A stretch of DNA of 64,000 nucleotides from Hormiphora californensis (taxonomy: Eukaryota > Animalia > Ctenophora), in NCBI GenBank assembly GCA_020137815.1, contig CM035352.1, positions 3,472,001 to 3,536,000 on the forward strand. The letters run 5' to 3'. A model generated the notes under the pieces. That model was not told where the DNA came from. It saw only the letters and a list, made by a program, of their open reading frames with translations, and did no database searches. The translations under genes were made by a program, and so were the position numbers. Below, one piece after another: positions 1-13,747 of the stretch; the stretch's first letter is position 1, and every line of letters begins with the position of its first letter.

Positions 1-322
1 CATTGAGTGTCTGAAACAAAAGCTTCGTTAACCACTGCATCCACTACCAAACAACAATAATTTATTGATCTAACATCTTTATTGAATAAAGATTTTATGA
101 TTTATATCCTACACGCAATGATCTGGGTATTGTGAAGGAAAGTGACTATGAGATGAGACCTTGGTAGGGGAGGGAGTTTTCGTTGGGTATGACTTGTGGA
201 GGTAAAACACCTGGCCACAAAACCTGTTATAAAATGCATACATTTCAAGATATAATATGACTACAACTGACTAAAATAGGACTCTGAGAATTGCATAACA
301 TGCGACCTTCTTGGAGAGAGAG

Positions 323-324
<2 letters not shown>

Positions 325-412
<88 letters not shown>
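325..412. repeat. (GA)n microsatellite; similar tracts at ~2636-2683, 9600-9730, 41866-41982, 42135-42435, 45770-45895, 57895-57950, 60015-60085
   Basis: Directly visible. These tracts produce the SLSL/ERER pseudo-ORFs. Confidence 0.97.
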
Positions 413-413
<1 letters not shown>

Positions 414-474
414 GGAGACATTGCTTGTGAAGTATTAGATATGTAAACAGGAGCTTTCAATCCTTTTTGTTTTC

Positions 475-2040
475 TCATTCGCTCCATTGCACCTTGCTCC
501 TTGAACTGCCACTGGAGTGCCGCAGCGCCGGTAACTCAGAGATGAAAATATAGAGGGAGAGAGAGGGGGAGCTTGGAGAAAGCGAGAGAGAGAGGGTACA
601 ACGGATAGAGAAATGCATGACATGCAGGTCGGCATCACTTTAGCCATTAACTTTCTAATAATATTATTGAATAGGGAGATCTCTTAGCTTGCCATGCTGG
701 AACTTAGCATGAATGGCCGGATGTGATACTGATAGCCACAACATACATATCCAAACACCTCTCTCTATCTCTCTCCTTTTTCTCTGTATCTATCATTTTC
801 AATCTATCCTGATCATTTTATGTATCTCAAAAGATTGGATTGCATGGTTGGTATATTGGCAGCCCATTTTGGGTGTACACGGGATAATGGGTTATATTGG
901 GTTATATTGGGTAGCATACTAAGGCAAATTATATATATGTAAAAAGGGATCATGCCCATTGCCCCAACACAGTGGAGAAATTAGTACAAAAGCTTATAGT
1001 CAACCCCTAGTCCTGTATTATCAAGGACTGATGGATACGCGTTCGGGGAGATAGGATAGTATAGAGTAAGGACAACCGACTAAGTTATGCTGAATTCCCA
1101 GAGAGGGTAGAGCAAGGCCCAAGGGGGGGGGAAGGAGAGAGGGTAGAGCAAGGACTATAAAGGGCGTGCGGGGAGAGGGTAGATCAAGGGGACTAATGGC
1201 GTCAGGGGAGTGAGGACTGAGGGTAGAGCAAGGACTAGGGGTGTAGAGGGGGACTGGGGAGAGAGGGTAGAGCAAGGTGACTAAGGGCGTACAGGGGAGT
1301 GAGGGTAGAGCAAGGTGACTAAGGGCGTCAGGGGAGTGAGGGTAGAGCAAGGGGACTAATGGCGTCAGGAGAGTGAGGGTAGAGCAAGGTGACTAAGGGC
1401 GTCAGGGGAGTGAGGGTAGAGCAAGGGGACTATAAGGGCGTCAGGGGAGTGAGGGTAGAGCAAGGTGACTAAGGGCGTCAGGGGAGTGAGGGTAGAGCAA
1501 GGTGACTAAGGGCTGGACTCCCACCTGTTCCATAGCGCTCTGCACTCGTTCCCTCAGACTCCCCTGCTGCTTTCCATCCTCCTCCCCCTCCTCAGGAACA
1601 GGAGCCACTGTTGGTGGAGCGGTGGCAGGTCGGGGAGCTGATGGACCATTGATAATGGACCACCGAGCAGTAAGGGTACTGACAAACCGACTGGAGGTCA
1701 AATTGTCAAACTGGTAAACTGAAAAGAGACAAGAACTTTTCGTAACTAATGTAAGAAATATAATAGAGAGAAGCATAGCGAGTAGGGTAAACTAAACACT
1801 AATGGTATCAAGAGATATATTACATTGGACGAGAGGGGATGAAGCAGGGGTTGAACAGTAGAAACATCTCTTTTTCGCCCAGTTGTGAGACCCCTTCTTT
1901 GTTTCCGGGGTCGGGTATTGTAGGTGAAGAATGGAGAGATTCTTTGCTGATTTTGGACGGTATACAGGCTGAACGGGTGGCCGGTTAGGTCGTGGAACCC
2001 GTGCTGAGTGGGGTCTTGCACCATACAGGGATGTCACCAT
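475..2040 (-). CDS. Hypothetical small multi-exon protein with RPxSA/RPATA low-complexity motifs (possibly ciliary or cytoskeletal)
   Basis: Exon 2040-1824 ([18 protein letters not shown]...SPLVQ) joins in phase 1 across a 105-bp GT-AG intron to exon 1718-1525 ([12 protein letters not shown]...RPATAPP...AMEQ). The last exon (~534-475, LPALRHSS...WSE*) is tentative because its acceptor is weak. Confidence 0.5.
1100..1512. repeat. ~36-bp intronic minisatellite (gagggtagagcaaggtgactaagggcgtcaggggagt)
   Basis: About 11 degenerate tandem units that begin just after the donor at 1524. Confidence 0.92.
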
Positions 2041-2633
2041 GATATTGTAGCGAGCAAACTGGCCAGAGAGAGAAATGAAACTGGAGAGATATAGCAACTA
2101 TACAAGATACAGTTGTACAGAGATCTCTCCCTCAAAGGAGAGAACACAGCTTGAGCGGTATAGTTTTTGATTAATTGGGCGAAGGACCACAGAGAGAGAG
2201 AGAGGGAGAGAGTGAGATATAGTTGTGAACCGCTCAGGGAAAAGCGGTAGAAGAAAGTTAGAGATTAGCATGAAAACGATTGGTAATGTGTGCTACTAAT
2301 AGAGTGCATGTCGAGTTTACTTGGGGGTTTTGGAAGTTTCCTTCGGCTGCATTTAATTGAAATTCTGTATATAATATAACTCAAGAGAAGGGGCAATTTT
2401 GGCTTCAATACAAATCGTAAAATTGTAAAAATGAAAATCACAAAACAGGGCCACTTGCAAGATAACGAATTCTCTTGTTTTGTTCGAGCAAGGCAAGAAT
2501 TTAGACGCACAATGGACCAATTGAAAGACGGTTAAAACACACTGCATTTCAACACGGATTACTCATGAACTCAGCACTATTGAACTAATATTGTACTACG
2601 CGTTTTTGTTGTTTTCAAGTAGATAGAGGGAGC

Positions 2634-2688
<55 letters not shown>

Positions 2689-3037
2689 AGGAGAGATAGA
2701 TTGAAATAGTGTGTTATATGGCCATTGCATATGATAATTCATTCTGTGGTTAGACAGTGCAGGACTATTATCATGCTCGGAGCTACAAGATCTGGGCGAC
2801 AAGAACAATAGCTCACAACAACAAGCTTTACACAATGCTTGGAACTGGAGCTATTATATAATGAGGAAAAGATCTGTTTAAAATTATGCTGCAGAGACTA
2901 GTAATCAGTTGTTGATTTTTCGAAATGTGCAGCTATAGTCGGCTCAAGTACGTCAACTTGAAGAACCGTACACTGAAGGAAGGAGTAGGACGGGAGTAGG
3001 ACTCAACTTGGTTACCCAAGCCTTCTGTAGAATTATA

Positions 3038-6000
3038 CAGGGTGTGAACTGCATGTCGTGTTTGCTAGTCGCGAGCGCGCTTGCGAGACAAGTAAACACG
3101 TCAAGGTTCATTAACAAGCATGCTGCTCAGTCATTTTAGATTTAATACACAATGTAAGGATACCATGTAATAGGTGAGACTCTTGCCGTCACCCTCGTTC
3201 AAGTCCCGTGAAAAACGGAGCAGTACACGCAAACTGATGCCCATTTTCCTCGCGTGACCCCGATTCAGCAGTTTGAGACACCAACTCTTTAGGGGGCCAT
3301 ATCTCAGGAACCAGACAAGATAGGAAAAATCGCCGTCTAATGAGGCGTACAGTTTTTAATCTAGTTTACCACTGTACCGGCCGTTTCACTCTCCGACCTA
3401 AAACAAAAATCGCAACCCCACAAAACTTCAAAATAATGAAATTCGCATCTCGCATGTCGTGTTGCATGTCGTGTCATGTTATTGACGCGCTCGCGTTCAA
3501 CTCTCACACAGCAGCTGCAGAACATGGCGGGAAACATCGAGGAGTAGAGAGAGGGTCGGTGCCGAATCAAATATTTCTTGATCTTGATCTACTCCATCTC
3601 TCAGCTATCCTACCCCTCATCAACTCGATCTCTCAGCTACCCTACCCCTCATCTACTCCATCTTTCAGCTACCCTACCCCTCATCTAACTCCATCTTTCA
3701 GCTACCCTACCCCTTATCTAGTCCATCTCTCAGCTACCCTACTCCTCATCTACTCCATCTCTCAGCTTCCCTATTAGGGAAGCATAGAGATGGAAACGAT
3801 TAGGGGTAGGGAATCCCTATCCATAATCGTTTCCATCTCTATGCTTCCCTAGCCCTCATCAACTCCATCTTTCAGCTACCCTACCCCTAATCTAGTCCAT
3901 CTCTCCGCTACCCTACTCCTCATCTACTCCATCTCTCAGCTACCCTACCTCCCATTTACTCCATCTCTCAGCTACCCTACCTCCCATTTACTCCATCTCT
4001 CAGCTTCCCTACCTCCCATTTACTCCATCTCTCAGCTTACCTACCTCCCATTTACTCCATATCTCAGCTTCCCTAACTGCCATTTACTCCATCTTTCAGA
4101 TACCCTACCTCCCATTTACTCCATCTCTCAGCTTACCTACCTCCCATTTACTCCATCTCTCAGCTTCCCTACCTCCCATTTACTCCATCTCTCAGCTTCC
4201 CTACCTCCCATTTACTCCATCTCTCAGCTACCCAACCTCCCATTCACTCCATCTATCAGCTACCCTACCTCCCATTTACTCCATCTCTCAGCTTCCCTAC
4301 CTCCCATTTACTCCATCTCTTAGCTTACCTACCTCCCATTTACTCCATATCTCAGCTTCCCTACCTCCCATTTACTCCATCTCTCAGATACCCTACCTCC
4401 CATTTACTCCATCTCTCAGCTTCCCTACCTCCCATTTGATCCATCATGGGAGTCCCATTTACTCCATCTCTCAGCTTACCTACCTTCCATTTACTCCATC
4501 TCTCAGCTTCCCTACCTCCCATTTACTCCATCTCTCAGCTTCCCTACCTCCCATTTGATCCATCATGGGAGTCCCATTTACTCCATCTCTCAGCTTACCT
4601 ACCTTCCATTTACTCCATCTCTCAGCTTCCCTACCTCCCATTTACTCTATCCCTCAGCTACCCTACCTCCCATTTGATCCATCTCTCAGCTTCCCTACCT
4701 CCCATTTACTCCATTTCTCAGCTTCCCTACCTCTCATTTACTTACTCCATCTCTCAGCTACCCTACCTCTCATTTAGTACTCCATCTCTCAGCTACCCTA
4801 CCTCCCATTTACTCCATCTCTCAGCTTCCCTACCTCCCATTTAGTATTTACTCCATCTCTCAGCTTCCCTACCTCCCATTTACTCCATCTCTCAGCTACC
4901 TTACCTTCCATTTACTCCATCTCTCAGCTTCCCTTCCTCCCATTTACTCCATCTCTCAGCTACCCTACCTCCCATTTACTCCATCTCTCAGCTTCCCTAC
5001 CTCCCATTTACTCCATCTCTCAGGGGTAGGAATGTTAGGATAAATGAGAGATGGAGTAAATGGGAGGTAGGGAAGCTGAGAGATGGAGTAAATGGGAGGT
5101 AGGGAAGCTGAGAGATGGAGTAAATGGGAGGTAGGGAAGGTAAGCGATGGAGTAAATGGGAGGAAGGGAAGCTGAAAGATGGAGTAAATGGGAGGTAGGG
5201 AAGCTGAGAGATGGAGTAAATGGGAGGTAGGGTAGCTGAGAGATGGAGTAAATGGGAGATAGGGAAGTTGAGAGATGGAGTAAATGGGAGGTAGGGAAGC
5301 TGAGGGATGGAGTAAATGGGAGGTAGGGAAGCTGAGAGATGGAGTAAATGGGAGGTAGGGAAGCTGAGAGATGGAGTAAATGGGAGGTAGGTAAGCTGAG
5401 AGATGGAGTGAATGGGAGGTAGGGTAGCTGAGAGATGGAGTAAATGGGAGGCAGGGATGGAGTAAATGGGAGGTAGGGAAGCTGAGAGATGGAGTAAATG
5501 GGAGGTAGGGTAGCTGAGAGATGGAGTAAATGGGAGGAAGGGAAGCTGAGAGATGGAGTAAATGGAAGGTAAGGTAGCTGTGAGATGGAGTAAATGGGAG
5601 GTAGGGAAGCTGAGCATCGAGATGGAGTAAATGGGAGGTAGGGAAGCTGAGAGATGGAGTACTAAATGAGAGGTAGGGAAGCTGAGAGATGGAGTAAATG
5701 GGAGGTAGGGAAGCTAAGAGATGGAGTGAATGGGAGGTTGGGTAGCTGAGAGATGGAGTAAATGGGAGGTAGGGAAGCTGAGAGATGGAGTAAATGAGAG
5801 GTAGGGAAGCTGAGAGATGGAGTAAATGGGAGGTAGGTAAGCTGAGAGATGGAGTAAATGGGAGGTAGGGAAGCTGAGAGATGGAGTAAATGGGAGGTAG
5901 GGAAGCTGAGAGATGGAGTAAATGGGAGGTAGGGTAGCTGAGAGATGGAGTAGATGAGGAGTAGGGTAGCGGAGAGATGGACTAGATTAGGGGTAGGGTA

Positions 6001-6742
6001 GCTGAAAGATGGAGTTGATGAGGGCTAGGGAAGCATAGAGATGGAAACGATTATGGATAGGGATTCCCTACCCCTAATCGTTTCCATCTCTATGCTTCCC
6101 TAATAGGGAAGCTGAGAGATGGAGTAGATGAGGGGTAGGGTAGCTGAGAGATCGAGTTGATGAGGGGTAGGATAGCTGAGAGATGGAGTAGATCAAGATC
6201 AAGAAATATTTGATTCGGCACCGACCCTCTCTCTACTCCTCGATGTTTCCCGCCATGTTCTGCAGCTGCTGTGTGAGAGTTGAACGCGAGCGCGTCAATA
6301 ACATGACACGACATGCAACACGACATGCGAGATGCGAATTTCATTATTTTGAAGTTTTGTGGGGTTGTGATTTTTGTTTTAGGTCGGAGAGTGAAACGGC
6401 CGGTACAGTGGTAAACTAGATTAAAAACTGTACGCCTCATTAGACGGCGATTTTTCCTATCTTGTCTGGTTCCTGAGATATGGCCCCCTAAAGAGTTGGT
6501 GTCTCAAACTGCTGAATCGGGGTCACGCGAGGAAAATGGGCATCAGTTTGCGTGTACTGCTCCGTTTTTCACGGGACTTGAACGAGGGTGACGGCAAGAG
6601 TCTCACCTATTACATGGTATCCTTACATTGTGTATTAAATCTAAAATGACTGAGCAGCATGCTTGTTAATGAACCTTGACGTGTTTACTTGTCTCGCAAG
6701 CGCGCTCGCGACTAGCAAACACGACATGCAGTTCACACCCTG
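3038..6742. mobile_element. 3.7-kb foldback element: ~550-bp near-perfect outer arms with CAGGGTGTGAACTGC ends (Tc1/mariner-like) around inverted 32-bp minisatellite arrays
   Basis: 3038-3588 is the reverse complement of ~6192-6742; ORFs 3340..3777(+) and 6090..6440(-) mirror each other. Flanks are TATA and TTATA, so the TA TSD is imperfect on the right. Confidence 0.9.
3589..6191. repeat. 32-bp minisatellite foldback (catttactccatctctcagcttccctacctcc), inverted about a spacer at ~5021-5045
   Basis: Unit period is 32 (ccatctctc at 3961 and 3993). Orientation flips at caggggtaggaatgttaggataaatgag. Confidence 0.95.
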
Positions 6743-7559
6743 TTATAGTTTGGGGAAGATTATATTACCAAGAAATTCACGAGCGCTGTTAGAACAAAGT
6801 TGTAGCGGTTTCAGAAAAGATAAAATGTTGAACATCCGCAGATTTATGTGTTTAACACACGAGTAGGGATGATGATCTGATCACAAATGCTTTGATTTTC
6901 AAGCTAGCTGCTTGTCATAGAACGTGCTCAACTGCTAGAATCATAGTGTATGCTATTTGAATCACAGCTAGGAATAATAAAACATTCAAAACAGGATCAT
7001 CATCTCTCTCACTCTCACTCTGCCTAGAATCTGGATTAGCATAGTTTCTGTCGTTGTTTAATCGGAGCTCGCACCCTTTTGAAACAGCACGGGTGAGAAA
7101 CTCTACCCTGTTTAAAACTTACCCTATTTGGAAGCGATGTAGAGAAAGAAGATGACCGGGGATAGAGTTGTGTACCACACACAGCACATCGTAGTAGGAG
7201 GGCACCGGTCAGAACTACCTCCCCAAGGAACCGTACTGCAGTAAATCCACACAAGCAAGATGCCAGAGAGAAACTCATTTTACTAAACCCAGAACAGAAA
7301 ATTGGACAAGCTATAAATGGATCAATGGATCGATGGTGCTTACTATTTTACTAAACGAGCTCGCACAAAACTGGACTAAGGACAAGCTAAAGGTTGAGCA
7401 ATGGTACCAGATGATGCTATATGGATCCCCCTTCCACAGTGAGCACCATTTCACTGGGAGGGTGAACCAAGCAATGTGCAACATCAAGAAACGGGAGTAG
7501 AGGAAAAGAGAAAGACAAAAAATGAAGGACATTTAGAGAGTAACTGTCAGTATAGCTAG

Positions 7560-7720
7560 GGTGATCCTACCTTGAGGTGGGATCCGACGTTGAGTGTAAA
7601 ATCATACGTACCTTGAGTGTAAAAAACGTAAGGTCTGTGGGATCCTACGTACCTTGAGTGTAAAAAACGTAAGGTCTGTGAGATCCTACCTTGAGTGTAA
7701 AAAACGTAAGGTCTGTGAGG
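7560..7720. repeat. ~39-43 bp tandem repeat (gatcctacgtaccttgagtgtaaaaaacgtaaggtctgtg)
   Basis: 3-4 degenerate tandem copies. Confidence 0.8.
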
Positions 7721-7995
7721 AATCCGGCGTGGAGGAAGACTACTTCCGAGTATGAAACTCGAGCAACTTTCATGATACAGAGAGATAGAAGTTACAGAGA
7801 TAGATGGTTGACAAGGATGATGTTGTGAAAAATGGACGATAAGTGAACCATCCTAGAATACCGGACATGTTTTTCTCTTTTCCTCACCGATGAGAGAGAG
7901 GAAAGATAGGATGTATTAGAGAGAGATAAAGGGATAAGCAATAAGCAATGAGAGTAAAGGAGAGAAAGATCAGTAAAATAGGCCAGGACGTTCTG

Positions 7996-9457
7996 CGGTA
8001 GTATGGTAGTTAAGGTCGTGCGCACTTTTTGGCGCCATTTGGCGCCAAATTGGCGCCACGTGGCGCCACGTGGCGATATTTTAGCGCCAAATGGCGCCAA
8101 AATTTGGCGACTGCGCACAACCGCCAATTTGGCGCCAAAATGGCGCCAAGTTGGCGATTTTTTGGCGCCAAATGGCGCCACGTGGCGCCAAGTGGCGCCA
8201 CGTGGCGATTGTAAATCGCCAAGTGTTGGCGGTATTTGGCGGTACCGCCACGTGGCGATGCGAATTTGTCTGAATAAACTGTGTCCATCGCCAAGTGGCG
8301 CCAAATTGGCGCCAATTTGGCGATAGTACCTAAAATTCCAAATATTCATAACGTCCATCAGAGGAATTCCTATCGCCAAGTGGCGCCAAATGGCGCCAAG
8401 TGGCGCCAATTTGGCGCTAAATTGGCGATTAGATACAAATCGCCAACTTAGCGCCAAATTGGCGCCAAATTGGCGCTGCTTGGCGATTGCCGCCAACTTA
8501 GCGCCAATTTGGCGCCAAATGGCGCTGCTTGGCGCCAATTTGGCGCCAAATTGGCGATTCGACACAAATCGCCAACTTAGCGCTGCTTGGCGATTGCCGC
8601 CAACTTAGCGCCAATTTGGCGCCAAAATGGCGATTGGCGCCAAATTAGCGCCAATTTGGCGCCAAATGGCGCTGCTTGGCGCCAATTTAGCGCCAAATTG
8701 GCGATTGGATAAAAATCGCCAAATTAGCGCCAATTTGGCGCCAAAATGGCGATTGGCGCCAAATTAGCGCCAATTTGGCGCCAAATGGCGCTGCTTGGCG
8801 CCAAATTGGCGATTGGATAAAAATCGCCAAATTAGCGCCAAAATGGCGATTGGCGCCAAATTGGCGCTAAATTGGCGCCAATCGCCATATTGGCGCCAAT
8901 TTGGCGCTAAGTTGGCGATTTGTATCCAATCGCCAATTTGGCGCTAAATTGGCGCTAAGCAGCGCCACTTGGCGCCAAATTGGCGCCTATCGCCAAGCAG
9001 CGCCAATTTGGCGCCAAGATTGCGCCAAAGAGGTGGTTAATTTCCGCTTCTGAATGTTCCCAGTCGCCAAGTGGCGCCAATTTGGCGCCAAATTGGCGCC
9101 AAGAGTGAAAAGTGCATGGCGCCAAATTGGCGCCAATTTGGCGCCACTTGGCGATGGACACAGTTTATTCAGACAAATTCGCATCGCCACGTGGCGGTAC
9201 CGCCAAATACCGCCAACACTTGGCGATTTACAATCGCCACGTGGCGCCACTTGGCGCCACGTGGCGCCATTTGGCGCCAAAAAATCGCCAACTTGGCGCC
9301 ATTTTGGCGCCAAATTGGCGGTTGTGCGCAGTCGCCAAATTTTGGCGCCATTTGGCGCCAAAATATCGCCACGTGGCGCCACGTGGCGCCAAAATGGCGC
9401 CAATTTGGCGCCAAATGGCGCCAAAAAGTGCGCACGACCTTAACTACCATACTACCG
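7996..9457. mobile_element. Non-autonomous foldback transposon with CGGTAGTATG termini, 6-bp TSD GTTCTG and TGGCGCCA-based ~11-bp minisatellite
   Basis: Reads gttctg|CGGTAGTATGGTAGTTAAGG...CCTTAACTACCATACTACCG|gttctg, with ~325-bp inverted arms. Confidence 0.93.
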
Positions 9458-9594
9458 GTTCTGCTGCTGTGCTGCTGATGATAAACATTTGCTGCAGCTG
9501 TGAACAACAGAAAACAACACCTTGACCTCTCAATTACACTCAAATTGTTCTCTCTCACACTTTCACCCTTTCTCTCTCTATCTATCTCACGCTA

Positions 9595-9668
<74 letters not shown>

Positions 9669-10099
9669 TCTCTCTCTCCCTCCCTCTCTCTCCCTCTCTC
9701 CCTCTCTCTTTATCTATATTTCTCTCTCTCTCGGCAAGAATATCCCATGAACCGCGCTCGAGTCTCGACAGCGAACAAAACGAGGAAGAGAGAGAAATCA
9801 GGGTATCGGGAGGGTATCACATGGAGCTGAGTAAGCCTCTCTTATCGACACCGTTGCTAGGTTACTAAATATTCCAGAACATTACACCCCCATATATCAT
9901 TCTAAGTTTGCCCAGAGCATGAAAGAATACTGACATCTCTGAATCTCAGACCGTATCTCATCTTTAAATGGTACAAGAAAATATCATATCAAGGCCGGTG
10001 TGAAATCAGCAGTTGTATATGACTTGTTGCTAGGTCACAAAAAGTTGGTAATTCGAGGTGAATTCCAAACAAAACATCATATGACACATATGTGATGTA

Positions 10100-11690
10100 C
10101 CTCACTCGCTGGGTATTCTTTAGACAACATTGTGTGTGTTACTGGGGAGCTGTTACCCTGGGTAAATGTTACCCTGCACAGCTCCCCAGCTGTTACCCGG
10201 TGGGCAACAGAACTCAGCACTCACCTCAACGCCTTTGGGATCAGCTACACAGACAAACAATCTACCACACGAAGCGGGGAGAGGAAGATCCAATTAGGGG
10301 GTTGGCAACGTCTCGTTACTTACAGTATTTGGGTTGTATGGTTCCTCTATAATGGGCGGCGGGTGAAGCTGTTGTCTCAGAACCTGGTCTATCTCATCAT
10401 CAGTATCAGTGTAGTGCTTCTAATGGGGGATACTATGTATTAGACAATATCTATCACGGGGATGCACACGCAGTCACCCCACCACTACCATAATCACACC
10501 CAGAATCTGATTCTGCGGGATTCCAGGGTCACTGGTAATCGTTATCCTTCCCAATGGGGGGAGGGGGGATAAACGACCCCAAAGAAATTAAACTTACCAG
10601 TTTTTCCCGAATGTACTCTGGAAGTGGTTTCACATACAGTTCCGTCAGCAGGGTCGGGTTGTTTCTCAGTGCGTGTAAACTGAAATTGGGCAAATTGTAT
10701 ATATATCACGACTTGTAATCAGTACTCGGTCTTGGTGAGCTAGACACTATCTAGACGCTATCTAGTAGACAGTAGACTGGGTGATACCTACTTGTGTAAA
10801 ATCGTCATGACTCTTTTTTCCTCGTCAGCTCCCACATGGGAATTCCTCCGTCTCTTTCCCTCCAGTCCCTTACTCCTATTGTATGTTATCTGATGGCTAC
10901 TAGCTCCCCCCACTCTTCCCGTCCTGCAATTAGGGAGATTTATATTTAGTATTATAGATCAAGGGTGGATGTGGAAGGATATATTCTAAGGGCCAAGGGG
11001 TAGGAAAACTGACCTCTGTTTTCTTTGAGGCTGTTTCACGGCGGGAGTTGTAGGCTGAAATGAAATATCACTCAGTTAGTGCTGTCGGTGCACAACTCAC
11101 ACAATCACTGATGCAACAGCCATGATCAAAGAATTTATTATTAAACAGTCTTCTCAATACTAAAATCATGGAATTGATTGAGTCACTATTGGCACTCTGT
11201 ATTCAAACATTGTTCATTGCTACTTACTGGCCGGGGTGAGAGTGAGGATGTGCTACGTGAGAAGAGGCATCGAAGTTGAGACTTGATTGTACAGGATGCA
11301 GATAGGGGCCGTCGTGTGGCGGGGAGAGGAGGAGGGGGAGCAAACATACAATCTATACGTGCAGAGGATTAGTTAAGTACACATGTACACTGTACACATG
11401 TACATTGTACACATTGACACTTGTATAACAGCTGACGGGGGAAATATACGGAATTAATCAGTAGCTCCATGCGACATACACAGCAGCAGATTTTGTTCGA
11501 TCAAAGCAGCAAATAAATCGTATCTGTATCATGTTTATGATACCTGGTCAAATATAAACTAATTTAGTTGACGTGTTTGTACCGTGCGTCTATCTACTGC
11601 TAGTGGTCAGACTGATTTACCTGAACGATGGAACATTGACCCACTTTTCCTGCATAGTAAACGGGCCTCAGCATTTGATATCTACCGAAC
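10100..11690 (-). CDS. Hypothetical multi-exon gene, partial model, no recognised family
   Basis: Phase-compatible GT-AG exons at about 11350-11227, 11053-11013, 10923-10792, 10679-10598, 10383-10324 give ...RPLSASCTIK...PTTPAVKQPQRKQRTGRV...NLHALRNNPTLLTELYVKPLPEYIREKLVLRQQLHPPPIIEEPYNPNT. Start and end are uncertain. Confidence 0.5.
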
Positions 11691-12479
11691 CCTCACAGAT
11701 CCGCACAACTCAGTAAAATAATGTGCCACACAACACAAAGAGACTCACAGGGTGCAAAGACTGATCTCTCAAGCCGGTAGATTTCTATTCCTAGTGACCT
11801 GTCTCTCTCTCTCATATATAAAGTCATGCAGTTGCAGATCATGTTAACAAGATGCCACCAGAGACATGACATTACTGGACGTGCCACCAGACACGAGGCA
11901 GTGCAGTGCACCCAATGGCCACTACACATACAGGGGGTGCCACCAGACTCCAGTGCACCCAGCTCATAATATTGAATATTCACTACAAATTACAAATCAC
12001 CAGCAGCATATGAATCATGTGAATGAGCCACAATTATATCACAACAGGTGCAGGAGCACACAATGACACAAATCATCCCCCGCACATGCGGTCATGGCTA
12101 AACAGTGAAATACAATCTCTCTGCACGTTAACACAGACAATTCTCCTGCAAGACTAACTTCCCCTAGTGCATTATATTCTGCTCACACTAGACATGTGAT
12201 AGAGAGCTGTGGTGCTATCGATCTGCTTCAAAGGACGGGCACGGTGTTCCTCCCACACACATGACGGTGCACGGGAAATTAATTTAATATTTCTACCCCA
12301 CTGTATTACAGAAGTCTCTCAGGGAGACATGGGAAGAGTAAATATTACACTGAGTGATGGGGTAAATAGTTACCATAGTAACCGATCGTTGTGACCCAGA
12401 AGTCGTGTCACAGCTTCAATATTCATGATTCATTTAACACCAAACTCACTGCAATAGGAACGTTTTGTTTCTACACATA

Positions 12480-13200
12480 CAACCTATCTCTCCGTTCTTC
12501 AACTGTTCTATCAGGAGAAAGAAAAACTTTGTCAAACGTATATCGATCCCTTTCAGCAGGGATTTCTTCGACATTATTAACATTTAAGCGTCTTTGCTCC
12601 TCAGCATGACTTTCACAGGTCTCGCAGGTGAGGACTGCTTTACTAAGCAGTCCTTCTAATCAAGCTCACTGAAAAGAGACTTAATTTGAGTTTCAAGCTC
12701 ATCACCATTAACATTGTCTTTTAACTCTTCCAATCCGTGGATGATGATGTTACACCCACGGTCCTCCGAGGCTGCCACGATAGCCGATTGAATCTTCTTT
12801 GGAGCCAGGGCTGAAGCCCGTTCCTTCTCCAAAATGGAGGCAAAGCTCTTCATTTCTTGCTGTCCCTTTGACTGCACAGCTGTTATCTCAACCTCCCTCT
12901 TCTCAAGAAACTGCCTCTGGATATTCAGTAGTTCCTCTTGTGTCAGATACAAGGTTTTGATAAGCTCTTAACTATGCATTTTGAGCTCCTTTTCATATTA
13001 GTATATTACTTCATCATCGTGGTTTCATATCCCGTGTGTGACAACTGTTCACCAACTGGGAAGGTCTGTTCAATGAGAATACGGCATGAACCCTCCACAA
13101 GATCTAGAAGCACTAGCTTGTTCAGTGCACTGAGTTTGTTCCTATAGGGAACCTTCAGAATTCAGATCATCCCAAACTTCCACTATTTGTGGTCCGATAT
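12480..13200 (-). pseudogene. Degraded non-LTR retrotransposon ORF1-like remnant (coiled coil plus RRM)
   Basis: Motifs RGCNIIIHGLEE and VFLSPDRTVEERR resemble L2/CR1-type ORF1 proteins; the frame is interrupted. Confidence 0.6.
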
Positions 13201-13498
13201 ACTTTACTCTATCTGCTCTGATATATTTTATCAAACCCTCCAGTTAGTGTTAACATCTTGCTTACCCACTCCACGGTTTGTTCTTGGCATTATCGGGTTT
13301 TGCCGCGGTTTCCCACGGTCATTGCTCCACCTCCTGATGAGAAAGACTTGAAATTTTGAGGATAGAAAAAACTCGACATGATCTTCCCAGCCTTAAAATG
13401 TCAGTTTCTATCTCATCAGGGGTGGAGCAGTGACAATGTGAAGTATTTGATTGGGTTTGAAAAGGTAACAAACAAACAAACAAACAAAAGACAAATTT

Positions 13499-13747
13499 GG
13501 CCAGCGTTAAAATCTGGGTGTTTCGTGAGTGCTGACAAACGGTTTTTTAGGGTTAGGGCTAAAGTGGGGTTAGGGTTAGGGCTGGTGTTTGGGTTGGGGT
13601 TAGGCCTTGACATTGCCTACCACATAAACTTTGAATTAGCCAAAACGGTTGAGTGGTTCGGCGGTTAGAGCCGTTTTAGTGAATCAACTTTTTTGGTAGC
13701 GCGCACCTGTAAACAGGCCACCAAACACCCAGATCGTAACGGCGCCC
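13499..13747. mobile_element. MITE with GG..CC ends, 9-bp TSD GACAAATTT and internal TTAGGG-like repeats (MULE/Merlin-like)
   Basis: TSD at 13490-13498 and 13748-13756; imperfect TIR cgttaaaatctgggtg / cacccagatcgtaacg. Confidence 0.75.

Noticed and set aside
3589-6191. 32-bp repeats as a CRISPR array
   Set aside because: Units are contiguous with no unique spacers, there are no cas genes, and the context is eukaryotic.
7792-9558. Many overlapping ORFs of up to 257 aa (WRQIGAKLAP...)
   Set aside because: They are open frames produced by the stop-poor TGGCGCCA minisatellite on both strands.
10100-11690. These exons as the RhoGEF C-terminus
   Set aside because: A phase-compatible terminal exon with a stop codon (14711-14619) directly follows the SH3 exons.
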